DNA of 64,000 nucleotides from Tubulanus polymorphus (taxonomy: Eukaryota > Animalia > Nemertea). The notes beneath the pieces were generated by a model. It did not search any database, was not told the origin of the DNA, and was given only the letters and a program-made list of their open reading frames with translations. Below, piece after piece: positions 1 to 11,450 of this stretch. Both the position numbers and the translations under genes were made by a program. Within the stretch, counting starts at the first letter, position 1. Each line of letters starts with the position of its first letter. The stretch is taken from the NCBI RefSeq assembly GCF_964204645.1, contig NW_027437446.1, forward strand, positions 1 to 64,000, given 5' to 3'.

Positions 1-219
1 AAGTACTGAATAATTAACTCAAAATTTTGCCAATCCCTGGAGTATAATGCCGTGCGTTTTTTAACATATCTTATATTTATGTGTCTTTTCAAACGTTATT
101 CCCATTTTCTGTGTCGAGTAAAATTCGTACGCTATAATCCGTATTTAAAATACCGTTGTTCTATTAATTCCGAACCCATGCACCCGTTGTTTTACCCCGG
201 CTTAGGAACACATTTTTAG

Positions 220-1195
220 TGTAAAACATATAAAACTCTTGGAGCCATGAGACTTAGGTAGAAATCTGACGAATTTTAACTACAGAAAAATTTATTCTCG
301 TGTAATCCATAATAAAGACTCTCAATATGTAATCAACATTCCCAAAACTCCCACGTTTTTTTTCGCAGAAAATGATTTAAAAACAAAATTTCACAAAACA
401 AAATCACGGGTCCCTTAATTCGCTCGAAGGTCTATCATATTTTTGGTGATTTTCTTTGGTCACGCCACCGGGTTCCTTCCTTCAGCAAAACCTACATTTT
501 TTACAAAGTAGAACTTGAGAACAAATTTCTTGTGTAAAACATAAACTGTTCGTAGAACATATCTGACGATACAGAAAGATTAATCGTCGTATGAAAGATA
601 AAACATACGAGGCTTTCAATTTGTAATCAACACTCTCAAGGCACGTTGTTTTTTTTCGCAAAAATGAATTCCTTTTCTAAACATGTATTTATTTGACCAC
701 GGCAAATCTTCGCTCTGAATAGATCTTCGACATTTTGGGTGATTTTCTTTGGTCACGGACCACACCGAACACAGTTGCCCCCGCAAAACCTATGTTTTTT
801 ACAATGTAGATCTATATAAGTTTGCTGAAAGGGCACTCGCCTCTAGTATTTATTCATTAAAACTCTGGCTGTGCGCTTCACCAAGTTTCGACTTTGACAT
901 ATTAATATTATGACATTATGACGCTATCTGTGGCGATTATTTCGTGACGCTATCTATGGCGATTAAAGGAAATTGATTTTGAATTTGGCGCTCTCGGCGC
1001 AATCACAAGGGAATTTCCGCAACACTTCGATATTGTGGGTGATTTTCTTTGGCCACGGACCTCGCCGAACACAGGTGCCTCCGGCAAAACCTATGTTTTT
1101 TACAATGTAGAATTCTATACGAGTTGGGCCTCTATTTATTCATTAAAACTTAAAACTGGCTGTGCGCTTCACCAAGTTTCGACTTTGACATATAA
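220..1195. repeat. Degenerate ~300-bp direct repeats (host flank or unclassified repeat)
   Basis: GGTGATTTTCTTTGG..CAAAACCTA.RTTTTTTACAA.GTAGA recurs at ~445, ~738 and ~1038. GTGTAAAACATA and TGTAATCAACA..TTTTTTCGCA recur at 220/532 and 328/622. CTGGCTGTGCGCTTCACCAAGTTTCGACTTTGACATAT recurs at ~865 and ~1155. Confidence 0.7.
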
Positions 1196-1209
1196 GACGG
1201 ACGACGTCT

Positions 1210-1410
1210 TATTCTATTTAAGAATTCTTTAGATTTTCCACCAGCAATTAGTAACTCCAGATGGTGCTTACAATATGAAAAGTACTCGTAATCAATATTT
1301 TTATCAACTTGAGCACAATAAGTTACAACTGTATCTTTATTATCTGTTATACCTAAACCTTCAATTGTCTTTTCAATATCAATACTATTCTTATTAGATT
1401 TCTTTGACAA
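1210..1410 (-). pseudogene. 5' fragment of the Polinton conserved hypothetical gene (paralogue of 3224..3832)
   Basis: SKKSNKNSIDIEKTIEGLGI..IDYEYFSYCKHHLELLIAGGKSKEFL versus SKKSSKNSIDIEKTLDDLGI..IDYEYYLYCKHHLELLIASGKCKQFL. The start codon is TTG instead of ATG, and similarity stops near 1210. Confidence 0.8.
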
Positions 1411-1785
1411 TCATATTAGAGAAAAAAGGGAAAAAAATATTATAAAATGATACTAGTAACTCTTTAGTTACTCTAGCTTAGTTCAGTTAAAGAATTGTAG
1501 TGTTAACACAAAGAATACTAGCTATTTGAAGTTATGTAATTTTTATTTGAATCTATTCAAAATCTATTTAATGTAGTGTTAATTAGAATTGTATAAGAAA
1601 ATATTAAAAATAAAATAGAATTCAATTGTTTGTTAAAGATAAGTAATTTTTAATACTTTCTATTTAAATTAGGATTTAATATCTTACTACTTTGGTCTAT
1701 CTAAAGGAGCGGTAACTATAACTGTCCAGATAAGTCATTTCGGATTCTCGATATTAAATTCCTCAAACTGAAAATCAATTTAACA
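1210..1785 (-). mobile_element. Inverted, truncated remnant of a related Polinton copy (P3)
   Basis: The reverse complement aligns with ~2560-3420; for example 1681-1766 matches 2891-2980. It contains a truncated paralogue of the 3224 gene. The arms are clearly diverged rather than identical. Confidence 0.75.
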
Positions 1786-1918
1786 AAAACGCCGGGTGAA
1801 TTACTATTTCATAAACACATGTATTTTATTCTACAGTCAGTATCGATTTCAACATTCCAAGCCGCTCCTAAGAGGAGCGGTAAGGTATGCGCGGAATGCA
1901 CAATCGAAAACTAAGAAA

Positions 1919-2344
1919 ATGAGTGGAGAAGAGTTGAACGAGTTTTTAAAATCTAAATTAATCATTGACACAGAACATTTAAACTTTCCAGAATTACAAT
2001 GTAATGTAGAAGTTATTTCATTTGCTGAAATTACTGATATCTTTAAAAAAGGTTATAAAACCATATTAAATAGAAAAGCAAATCACCTGTGGGACCACAT
2101 CATTTTCGGGGGTTATCTAAATATAGGGTTTTCAATGTTTGATAAAGAAACTGAGGGGGTTAAAAAGAACATAGATATCAGTGCCGGTTTTGAAAGAAAA
2201 CTGAGAAGAGTAGGTAGATTAATAAAATATGAAAAATTCAAAATATTAGGATTAGCATTTAGTGAAGTAGTCAGATATTTACCAGAAATTGAAGAAATGA
2301 TTGGAAACAATCCAGTAATTAAAGAATTCTGGACAAAATTATAA
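1919..2344 (+). CDS. Hypothetical protein, probably Polinton-associated
   Basis: Open 141-aa ORF from the first ATG (the track starts it at GTG 1796). The C-terminus NIDIS.GFERKLR....KYEKFKILGLAFSE...FW resembles accessory ORFs I recall from invertebrate Polintons; not verified. Confidence 0.5.
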   Translation: MSGEELNEFLKSKLIIDTEHLNFPELQCNVEVISFAEITDIFKKGYKTILNRKANHLWDHIIFGGYLNIGFSMFDKETEGVKKNIDISAGFERKLRRVGRLIKYEKFKILGLAFSEVVRYLPEIEEMIGNNPVIKEFWTKL

Positions 2345-2706
2345 ATTATAACACTGAAGGTCTTAGATATCAAGAAATGTAATCTCGATTGTATATATCT
2401 GTTTTAATATTGTATTGATTACTGTTAACTAAGTATTGCGCAATAACCGGTCCGATTGGACCGCTTTTCTATTGTTCTCCATTGTTCTATTATCGATCGC
2501 TAAAATTTACATAATAAATATATGTGTTTATGAAATAATATTTCCACCAGTCGTTTCGGTGAATTGATTTTCAGTTGAGGATTTATTATCGAGGATCCGA
2601 AATGACTTATCAAAAGCAGCGAGGAATGAAAAAGGATGACGTTAGTCGAAGAAATGGAAGAGGATTCTAAAATGTTAATCAATTTTAATAAAAATTTGAT
2701 TTATAA

Positions 2707-2922
2707 ATGGAAAGGAATGATGAATACAATAAAAAACTTATTTGGGGTTGGAAAAATTTAAGGCCTTTAGAAAAGAAAGAAAATCAAATCAAATCTAATA
2801 AACTAGATTTACAGTTATATTTAGAACAGTTAACAAAGGCAAAGAAATTTATTGATCAATGGAACAATAATCCAAATAATGAACAATATGTTGAGGAATT
2901 TGATATCAAGGATCCGAAATGA
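2707..2922 (+). CDS. Small protein resembling the C-terminal half of an HNH/endonuclease VII-like nuclease
   Basis: WKNLRPLEKKENQIKSNK matches the NLxPLxxxxNxxKxxK tail of viral HNH nucleases. The catalytic DH half is absent. It has its own upstream motif and a TAAATG start. Confidence 0.5.
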   Translation: MERNDEYNKKLIWGWKNLRPLEKKENQIKSNKLDLQLYLEQLTKAKKFIDQWNNNPNNEQYVEEFDIKDPK

Positions 2923-3223
2923 CTTATCTGGACAGTTATAATTACTGCTCCTAATAGATAAACAAAAGTAGTGAGATATCAAATAGAATTCAAATAAAAT
3001 ATATTAAAAATTACACATCTTCAACTAACTAGTATTAGTTATTGTTTTTTTAATATTTTCTTTTCAAAAAAGAATACTTTATATCACAAATAAAAAATAC
3101 TAAAAAAAAAATAACTAATACTAAAATTCTTTACCTTTAACTAAGCTAGTATTAATCTAAAGAGATACTGGTATCATTTTATAATACTTATAATATTTTT
3201 CTTATTGAATTTCTCTAATATAA

Positions 3224-3832
3224 ATGTCAAAGAAATCGAGCAAGAATAGTATTGATATTGAAAAAACATTAGATGATTTAGGTATTAGTGATAATAAGGA
3301 TATTCCAACCAAAATTGAAAATAATATTCAAGTTAATTGTAATATAGATTATGAATACTACTTATATTGTAAACACCATCTTGAGCTACTGATTGCTAGC
3401 GGAAAGTGTAAACAATTTTTAACTAAGACTATTACTTTTCAAGAATTAGATGCTATGAAACCAGATAAAGTAATAAAATATTTTAAGATTTATGAAGAAG
3501 CTAGATTAGCTAGAATAAATGATTCTATTTCAGATGGTATTGTCAAATGTTACTCTAAGTTATGTAACCAGTTAATACCAATTGATGATGAAAATAAATT
3601 ATATAATGATTTGAAAAATGACTACTTAGTTATGACTGAATAACAAAAATGGGTTGGTTATGCTTCATTTCAATTAGGATCGGTTATGACATTAATTTCT
3701 ACTGGTGTCATAACATTTTCGAATATCAAGCCTATGGAATATAAATCGGGTAAGAACGAAACAGATGTACTACAACCAAATGGTGAAACAGAAAATGAAT
3801 CAGAACAAAAATTAACTAAAATAAATGAGTGA
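3224..3832 (+). pseudogene. Polinton conserved hypothetical protein with one internal stop (3641-3643)
   Basis: The 139-aa ORF continues in frame after TAA (QKWVGYASFQLGSVMTLISTGVITF..., hydrophobic) to TGA at 3830-3832. Confidence 0.7.
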
Positions 3833-4197
3833 TAGCGTTAAAGAAAAAGGCTAGATCCGAGAAACAAATTAAATGGGCAAAGGAATTGGGAAAAAGATCT
3901 TCAGAATTACAAAAAGCTAAGAAAAAGAAATTAACTGATATAAATGAATCACAGAAATTATCTGATATTGATTCAAATAATAATCCATCTGATTCTTCTA
4001 ATAGTGGAAGAAATAATTACTTATATAATACAATTGGATTAGTAACAGTTATTATATTATCTGGTGTAATATATAAATCAAAATTCAAATCTGATTATAA
4101 CAATAATGATTCCGATGATAATAAACCTATTATAACAGAAAATAAGTCAAATCATAAAGTCATTGAAACTAAATCAAAATTATTATTAATGGATTAA
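3825..4197 (+). pseudogene. Basic N-terminus plus single transmembrane protein, probable 5' frameshift
   Basis: The TAAATG start (ATG 3825) is out of frame with the 3829..4197 ORF. That ORF has KKKARSEKQIKWAKELG and a TM segment TIGLVTVIILSGVIY. Confidence 0.6.
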
Positions 4198-4203
4198 AAT
4201 AAG

Positions 4204-5292
4204 ATGAAAAAAGAACAATATTTAAGAGAGCTATATTATAACCCAGAAAGTGAAGTATCATATTCTAACGTTTCAGAATTATGGAATCAAATTAAATCTG
4301 ATAATGAAAATGGTAATATAAAATATAGTGAATTGAAATCATGGTTACAAAATCAACCAACATATCAAATACACAACAAAATGGATAAAACTTATTTAAC
4401 AAGAAAAGTTATGGTTTCATATATCGATCAACAATGGCAAGCAGATTTAATTGACATGAAGAACTTAGAGGAATACAACAAATGATATTTCTGGATATTG
4501 AATGTTATGGACATATTCAGTCGATACGCATGGTCAATTGCAATCAAAAATAAAACTGGAATAGAAGTTACAAATGCTTTTAAATCAATATTTAAAGAAG
4601 TTATTCCAGATAAGATACAATTTGATGAAGGTAAGGAATTTTATAACAAACATTTTAAAAAACTATTATCTGATAACGATGTAGAATATTTTTCAACACA
4701 CTCAGATAAAAAAGCATCTATTATAGAAAGGTTTAATAAAACATTGAAAACTAGAATGTGGAAATATTTTACTGCTAATGAAACATATATTTATATCGAT
4801 GTATTAGATGATTTAGTGAAAGGTTATAATAATTCTAAACATAGTTTTATAAATATGAAACCTATACAAGCTAGAAAAGAAGATAATTCGGTAATAGTTT
4901 GGAATAATTTATATGGAGCATTTGTTACACATGATTTCGGTGAACCTAGATTTAAAATTGGACAACACGTTAGAATATCTAAATATAGAAAAACCTTTTA
5001 TAAAGGTTATACCCCTAATTTTACAGAAGAAATATTTAAGATTAAAAAGATAATATTAACTAAACCATTTGTTTATAAACTAGAAGATTTAAAAGATGAA
5101 GAAATATTAGGTTATTTCTATGAACAAGAATTATCACTTGTACCAAACCCAGTTGAAATAGAATACAAAATAGAAAGAGTATTGAAAACAAAAACTCTTA
5201 AAGGAAAAAAGTATTCTTTGGTGAAATATAAAGGATATGATGTTAAATTTAATGAATGGATTTTATCTAGTAAAATTAAAAATATAAATTAA
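4204..5292 (+). pseudogene. Retroviral-like (rve/c-int) DDE integrase with C-terminal chromodomain, single nonsense codon
   Basis: ORFs 4204..4485 and 4498..5292 are in frame and separated by one TGA (4483-4485). DDE motifs: WQADLIDM, IQFDEGKEF, IIERFNKTLK. Chromodomain: YKIERVLK..YSLVKYKGYDVKFNEWI. Confidence 0.95.
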
Positions 5293-5296
5293 TAAA

Positions 5297-5704
5297 GATT
5301 TATTTATATTTGAACCGCATAATATATTAGTTACTGGTGTAACAAACTGTGGTAAAACACATTTCATATTAGATTTGTTAGAAACTATTTAAAAGAATCA
5401 TTTTGATAGTATAATATTATTCTGCCCTACTTATGAAATGAATAAAACATATAATAGAGATATAGTTAAGATAAAAAAGTTTATTATATTAAATCCTAAA
5501 ACAGTAAAAGAAAATTTAGATAATTGTATAAAAATAGCAATTGATACTTATAAAGGATCAAAGACATTATTCATTGTAGATGATTGCGCAAATTTACATG
5601 ATTCTGAATTACATGATGAATATATGAATAAATTAAAGAATAATAAAGGTTCAAAATTATTACTGAGGCTTCAATTTCCATATGAATATAAATTTGTAAA
5701 ATAA
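5297..5704 (+). pseudogene. A32/FtsK-like DNA packaging ATPase, disrupted
   Basis: Walker A NILVTGVTNCGKT is encoded at ~5321-5359, upstream of the tracked ORF. It is followed by a stop and a frameshift, then CPT and Walker B TLFIVDDCA. The arginine-finger region appears deleted. Confidence 0.88.
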
Positions 5705-5727
5705 CTATTTATATATCTATCTATCTA

Positions 5728-6045
5728 ATACGTATTAAATACGTATTAGATACGTATTAAATACATTAATACTTAAAACCCCCTTTTTAAAATAAATATT
5801 ATTTATACAATTTTCAACCAATTTATTTTTATTTTTTCAACTAATATATGAATAAGTTTGAAAATAATAAAGGTTATTTATTATTACTGAGGTTTCTAAT
5901 ATAAATTTGAAAAAAATATAATTTAAGGTATTTTCAAATAATACGTATTAAATACGTATTAGATATGTATTAGATGTGTATTAGATACCTTAATACTTAA
6001 AACCCCCTTTTTAATTTACTATTTTTTTATACAATTTTCAACCTT
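5728..6045. repeat. Duplicated ~100-bp block of AATACGTATT palindromic 11-mers between convergent gene blocks
   Basis: (A/G)ATACGTATTA x3-4, then TAATACTTAAAACCCCCTTTTT and TATACAATTTTCAACC, at ~5728-5820 and ~5940-6043. Confidence 0.85.
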
Positions 6046-6047
6046 TA

Positions 6048-6932
6048 TTACTTTTTGAGTGTTAGATAATTACTTTCTGAATCACTTTCATCATCACTCT
6101 CCAATTCATCATCATACCCCATCAATTTATTCAAATGCTCTACCGTATCTTCATAAATAATTGGTTTATTGATATACTTATTAGTCATCTCAACTATATC
6201 TTTATTTTCTGATTTAAGTTTCATAGAATCTTTATTATCAATGCGCTTTCCTGTAACTATATTTTCATTGTCATATTTCTTAGTGTTTGACCTTAATATT
6301 GTATTTACAATGCTTGATTCTAATATTTTTTTAAGAGCAGATAAATGTAATTCCTCATTACTAGGTTCCTTAGATAAAAATTCACCTAATAAATCTTTAT
6401 ATAAATCTTTACCATCTACTTTTTTATTTGAAACAAACTTTGTTACATAATTAAATGGGTGTTCTATAAATTCTCTTATACCAACACGATCTATAACATT
6501 AATAATATGTGAATTTGTATTCATATGATTATTCCAATTTGATGGAGCGTTTGAAAATTCACCTTTACAATAATCACAATAATTTCTATTTTCACTAATA
6601 TTTAATATTATTTCATTATTAGATGTAGAAGGTATTACATTATTAGATGTAGAAGGTATTACATTATTAGATGTAGTAGGTATTGCATTATTAGATGTAG
6701 AAGGTATTACATTATTAGATGTAGAAGGTATTACATTATTATCAATTACATTACTTAAATTATCAACAACTTCACTTTTATTATCATCTATTTCTATTAG
6801 TTTAGTTTTATAAATTTTGAAAATAGGATCAAATATCAAAGCTATATTACAAGGTATTTCATAATATAAACCATCATTATTTTCATGTGTATCGATGTAT
6901 GGAATATGTTTATATACTTTACATCCTTCCAT
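6048..6932 (-). CDS. Accessory protein with 8-aa tandem repeats, a C2H2 (matrin-like) zinc finger and an acidic tail
   Basis: Intact 294-aa ORF with (NNVIPSTS)x5 from a 24-bp repeat at ~6616-6740, CDYC..WNNHMNTNSH, and DDELESDDESDSES. Confidence 0.8.
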   Translation of the reverse strand: MEGCKVYKHIPYIDTHENNDGLYYEIPCNIALIFDPIFKIYKTKLIEIDDNKSEVVDNLSNVIDNNVIPSTSNNVIPSTSNNAIPTTSNNVIPSTSNNVIPSTSNNEIILNISENRNYCDYCKGEFSNAPSNWNNHMNTNSHIINVIDRVGIREFIEHPFNYVTKFVSNKKVDGKDLYKDLLGEFLSKEPSNEELHLSALKKILESSIVNTILRSNTKKYDNENIVTGKRIDNKDSMKLKSENKDIVEMTNKYINKPIIYEDTVEHLNKLMGYDDELESDDESDSESNYLTLKK

Positions 6933-6964
6933 TTATTATATAAATTTTTATTAAAGTTAAAATT

Positions 6965-8210
6965 CTAATACATAACACTATTTAATTGAGAATTTACAAT
7001 ATTTAATTGCGCGTCAGATATAATATAAATGTGCATTTTAAAATTTTTGATTCCTTTATTCTTTGACATGGATAATTGTATTCCATCTTTAGTGTTCTGT
7101 AGTTTTTTTCCAGAACCATGTAATGAATTATCCTCTGTTGTTCTAAAATCTAACCATAATGCATATTTATTACCGGTATAATAATCAATTTGATTAATAT
7201 TACAATTTTCAGATGATTTCACTTTTTCATTCATAAAATGTTTTCTAATTTCTGGCCATTGATCTATCATTCTCATTCCTTGACAAAATATTTTATTTGC
7301 TATTCCTTCGATAGTTATATCTACTTTTGTTATTTCAGGATTATAATAATTATCAACATTTATTGCACCATTAGTATATGTTGCAATGGTAAAAAATATT
7401 AATATACCTTTTATAGATCTTCTTGGGAAGTTAATATTCTCATTAATTATTTCATCATTTGCATTAATAGTTACAGTTTTAAATTTATCAATATAATCAT
7501 ATGATAATGAAAATCCTTGATTGTATTGAGTTTGAATTATACTTGAAATATTTTCATTAGTTACTGTATCATATTCTAAACATATTCGATAATTTATAAC
7601 CCATATCTTTATTAACGCTAGATATTACAATTTCATTAACAGGAGCAAATGTTATTTCGAATATAACATCTTCTTGAATTGCGTATTTATATAAAGGTGC
7701 ATTATTATTTATCAATTCAAAATCTAATGGAATTTTATATTTGCTTCCATATATACTTTTTATCAATTTATCTATAGCATTAGTTAATATTGCATTATGT
7801 GCTTCCGATCTTAATTTATTTTGGTTTTCTGATTGGATGCCTTGAAATATCATATTATTTCTATTTTCTTTAGTTAACCATAAATCTTTATAATGCATAA
7901 ATAAATTATAATCATCTAATGAGAAAACTGTTTCTGGACCAATCTTTATTGTAAATTTTTTAATCAAATATCTTCCAACATTATCAACAACATAATTATT
8001 ATTATTACCAGTTACTTTTATATCGGCTGATAAATAAATACTATTTGAAACATAAAAAGTAGTTTGTGTTAATCGAGGGATTCTAACATATAAAGTTTCA
8101 TCAGGATTAATATTAGAAGGGTTATGAGTAATTATATGATGTGATCTTTCTGCTTTAATAGCATTAGATATTCTATGATTCTTAGAAGGATTGATATAAC
8201 TCCCACTCAT
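6965..8210 (-). pseudogene. Double jelly-roll major capsid protein, single frameshift near 7583
   Basis: N-terminal ITHNPSNINPDETLYVRIPRL. After the frameshift the frame is open from LEYDTVT through NFPRRSIKGIL, YNPEITKVDITIEG and YALWLDFRT to HIYIISDAQLNI. About 415 aa, beta-rich, in a Polinton context. Confidence 0.8.
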
Positions 8211-8230
8211 TTATTTAACAAAAAAATCAA

Positions 8231-9669
8231 TTATTTATTTTTTATCATATTTACTAACCCAAAAATAATTGCACTTACAACTGTAATTAAAAATAAAATT
8301 ATATGTTCAGCAGCAAAGTTAATAATGTTTCCTGCAGATTTCAATATAAAACCAACAATTGATGCAATAATTCCTGGTAATGCTGCAGCAGATTTTTTAG
8401 ATAGTTCCCATAAATATTTTGCTAATTTTTTTAAACCATCTTTAACTTTATCTTGTATAGAATTATTATCATTCGGGGGTTTATCCGGTTTATTGGGAGT
8501 AGGAGTAGATTTCAGTGAATTTGATATAGCTAAACCTATTGTTGTAAATAACATAGTTACAGCTGTTAGAATTGAAAGAATTGTTATTCCTTCTAATTTG
8601 AATAATAATTTTATTCTATCTTTCAATGATATTTCAGAATTTTGTTTTATCATCAAATTTTTAAAAATAACTTTAAATCTATTAATATTATAATCATATG
8701 ATTTTAATAATATATCTCTTTCACCTTTTTGTACTTCTAATTTATCTTTTAAATTATCAATTTCTTTTTCTAAACGTAATTCTTTTTGCCTATATTCCAT
8801 TTCACCAATTGCTTGATGGTCTAAATCAGACTTTAGTTGTTCTATCTCTTTATTTTTATCAGTTAATTCTTTTTCTAAAGTACTAATTTTAATATCTCAT
8901 ATATTTATTATGTGCAATTTCATCAGCTTCATTTCTTATACTAATAATTTCTCTAATTGCTTCATCAGAAAATATATTTAAATCTTCTAAGTCTTGATCT
9001 GTTGCATCAAGTAACCCATTTTGTAAAAGTTTTTCAGTTTGAACTTGATTTAACGGTTGATTTAACTTTACTAGTTTTGGAATTCTCATCTTCATTAGGA
9101 ATTATTTTTAGTCTTAAATTTTAAGTCTTAAATTAATTATCTTCAAAAAATAATCATTTCTTCGAGTAAATTCTCTTCTATTTAGAATTATATCTTGTTC
9201 TGTAACATCAGTTATAACATCATTAATGATTTTCTTAATTCTAGATTGTTCTAATTTAATAAAAGTTGATTTTGTTATTATTTTATCGGGACTTTTATTA
9301 GAAGAAATCTTAAAATAATAGTCATCTTTCAATTTCCAATAATAATCACCATTTAAATATTTCAAATCTTTTACCAAATAATTCGCACCTTTATTTGTTA
9401 TATTGAAACCAGATCTTTTTAACATTGGTTTAAAATCACGAATAATTTCATCATATTCGTATTTTTTTTGCCAATTCTGGTACTTCATTTTCAATATTTA
9501 TCTTTGAATGTGTTTTATCAATATATTCAGGTGTAGTTAAATTAGAATTATATGCTGTTTTATTATCATTACTAAAACTTGTTTCATCAAAATCAGGTGG
9601 TTGTTCATCACTTATACCGGGAGCGTCACCAAAAGTATCAATTCCAATATCTTCTCCACCTTCTGCCAT
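8231..9669 (-). pseudogene. Fragmented large gene: acidic N-terminus, coiled coil, C-terminal multi-TM membrane protein
   Basis: Four consecutive same-strand fragments (9451..9669, 9114..9494, 8889..9095, 8231..8800); only the first has a TAAATG start. The C-terminal part has hydrophobic helices ITILSILTAVTMLFTTIGLAI, ALPGIIASIVGFIL and IILFLITVVSAIIFGLV. Confidence 0.65.
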
Positions 9670-9690
9670 TTACATAATAAAAAATTAAAA

Positions 9691-10957
9691 TTAAAAATTT
9701 AATATTCCACCTATAAAAATTCCTATAAAAGTTAAAGCTAATTTAGCATTTTCATGGGATTTATTATCATTATCAGTTTTAATTATATCATGTTGAATAA
9801 TATCAGTTTTTATATTTTCCGATGTATTGTAATCTTTTATTTTAGAATAATTATTTAATTTAATATTCTTAGTTTTAGTTTCTGTTGATTGAATATGTTT
9901 TTTATTTTTTCACCTTCCATTAATTTTGGAGCAGTGATAATCTTTTTATTTATATCATTTAATCCAAATGAATTATTTATTGTTGCAGTTTTAATTAGAT
10001 TATTATAACCAATTATGTTTCTCATCTTTAATACTAAATCATTAGAAATAATTAATAGATTAGGGCCTATACAATAATTTAGTCTTACATGAGATTTATC
10101 TAAATAACTTTGATATCTTACAATGTTTTCTGGAATCGATCTATTTTTATCATTATGAATGGAATCTTCAAATAATACTTTGAATTGTTTCTGCGCATCA
10201 AATGATGTGTTATCAGTTCCAATTATTGGGGATCTTGTTTCAACTTGCGCACCTAAAATACAAATTAAATAAGTTCTAATAGATTGATTTATTCTTTGTA
10301 TACCAGCTTTAGTAAAACCTTCACTATTTTCTAAAATGAAATTAACCCAACCATTATTGTTTTGTTGTTGTATATTATTATAATATTTTGGTAATTCATT
10401 CCAATTTAGTGTTCTTATATCTGAATTTGTTATTATTTTTCCAAATTCTTTAGTATATAATATTCCTAATCCACCCATTGTTCCAATTTTTGCTCTAAAA
10501 CCTTTATTTGAATTAATATCAAATTCATTACATATTTTATAAAACTTAGAAATTCTAATTCATCTAATATTAATTTTATTTGAAAATATGTATGAAATCT
10601 AAAAAGTGATAACATCAATGGTAAACTTGGTTTGTTTAAATGATCATTCCAACTAATTCCACATCCTGTTGTTGCGCAATAAACAGCAAAATTTAATTGG
10701 TTCTGCCAATACTTCATATTAGATTTTAATAACCATTGTTTTGCCTCATTTAAATTTTTAAAATTAATTGTATACACATGAAATATATTTTCCATCTTTA
10801 CATGAAAATTATTACTTTCAGTAACATAAATATATAAATCAATTAATGAATTTAAAACTTCATTTCTTTATGTAATATCTTTATTAAAATGTATTGCTGG
10901 AATATTATATTTAATTGATTTATTATATTGGAAAGCTTTTGGAAAACTATCTACCAT
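9691..10957 (-). pseudogene. Polinton conserved hypothetical protein (LNFAVYCATTGCGIS motif) with C-terminal TM, disrupted
   Basis: A TAAATG start at 10957 is in frame with 10466..10795 across one stop. It continues in 9855..10478 and ends LALTFIGIFIGGILNF* at 9691. Confidence 0.7.
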
Positions 10958-11049
10958 TTATATAATTAAAAAATTAATAATTTATTAATTCTTTTAATAA
11001 TTTATCTTGTTCTACAACTGTTTATTATTGTTCTAAACTGGCCATTTAA

Positions 11050-11430
11050 ACTTATAATATAATCTAGTGTATTTTTTAATTTCTTATTTATTATTGATTT
11101 CTTTTATATTAGTTTTAATTTTTTCTTTATTACTTTTTATATTTAATTTTGAACTTATACCAGTTAAAACACTTGAACTTAATCCTAATACACCAATTGA
11201 TATAGCTAAAGGTGTTAATGGGCTGAATATTGCTAAAAATGTTATTACAGAACTAATTGTAACCGAACCACTAATAATAAGATAATATATAATTCTAGAT
11301 TTTAAATATTTTTCTTTTTTATCCTTAAGTCACTTTCAAATTCTAATATTTGTTTTTCCAAATATATTTTTAATTTAGTTTTATTAATATCATGAGGAAT
11401 AATATCAATATTATCAACTTTATCTTCCAT
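11050..11430 (-). pseudogene. Small two-TM membrane protein, frameshifted
   Basis: TAAATG start at 11430 (MEDKVDNIDIIP...). The downstream frame gives IIYYLIISGSVTISSVITFLAI..AISIGVLGLSSSVLTGI. Confidence 0.55.
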
Positions 11431-11450
11431 TTATTTAGAAAAAAAAATTA

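Noticed and set aside
1708-1732. GGTAACTATAACTGTCC resembles LSU rRNA helix 69 / the I-CeuI site
   Set aside because: Only ~15 nt match, the flanks are not rRNA-like, and the paralogous site at ~2930-2950 does not keep the match.
1210-3420. Inverted arms as the Polinton TIRs
   Set aside because: They are diverged, contain coding sequence, lie only ~0.8-1.1 kb apart and do not match the 18085 or 23855 termini.
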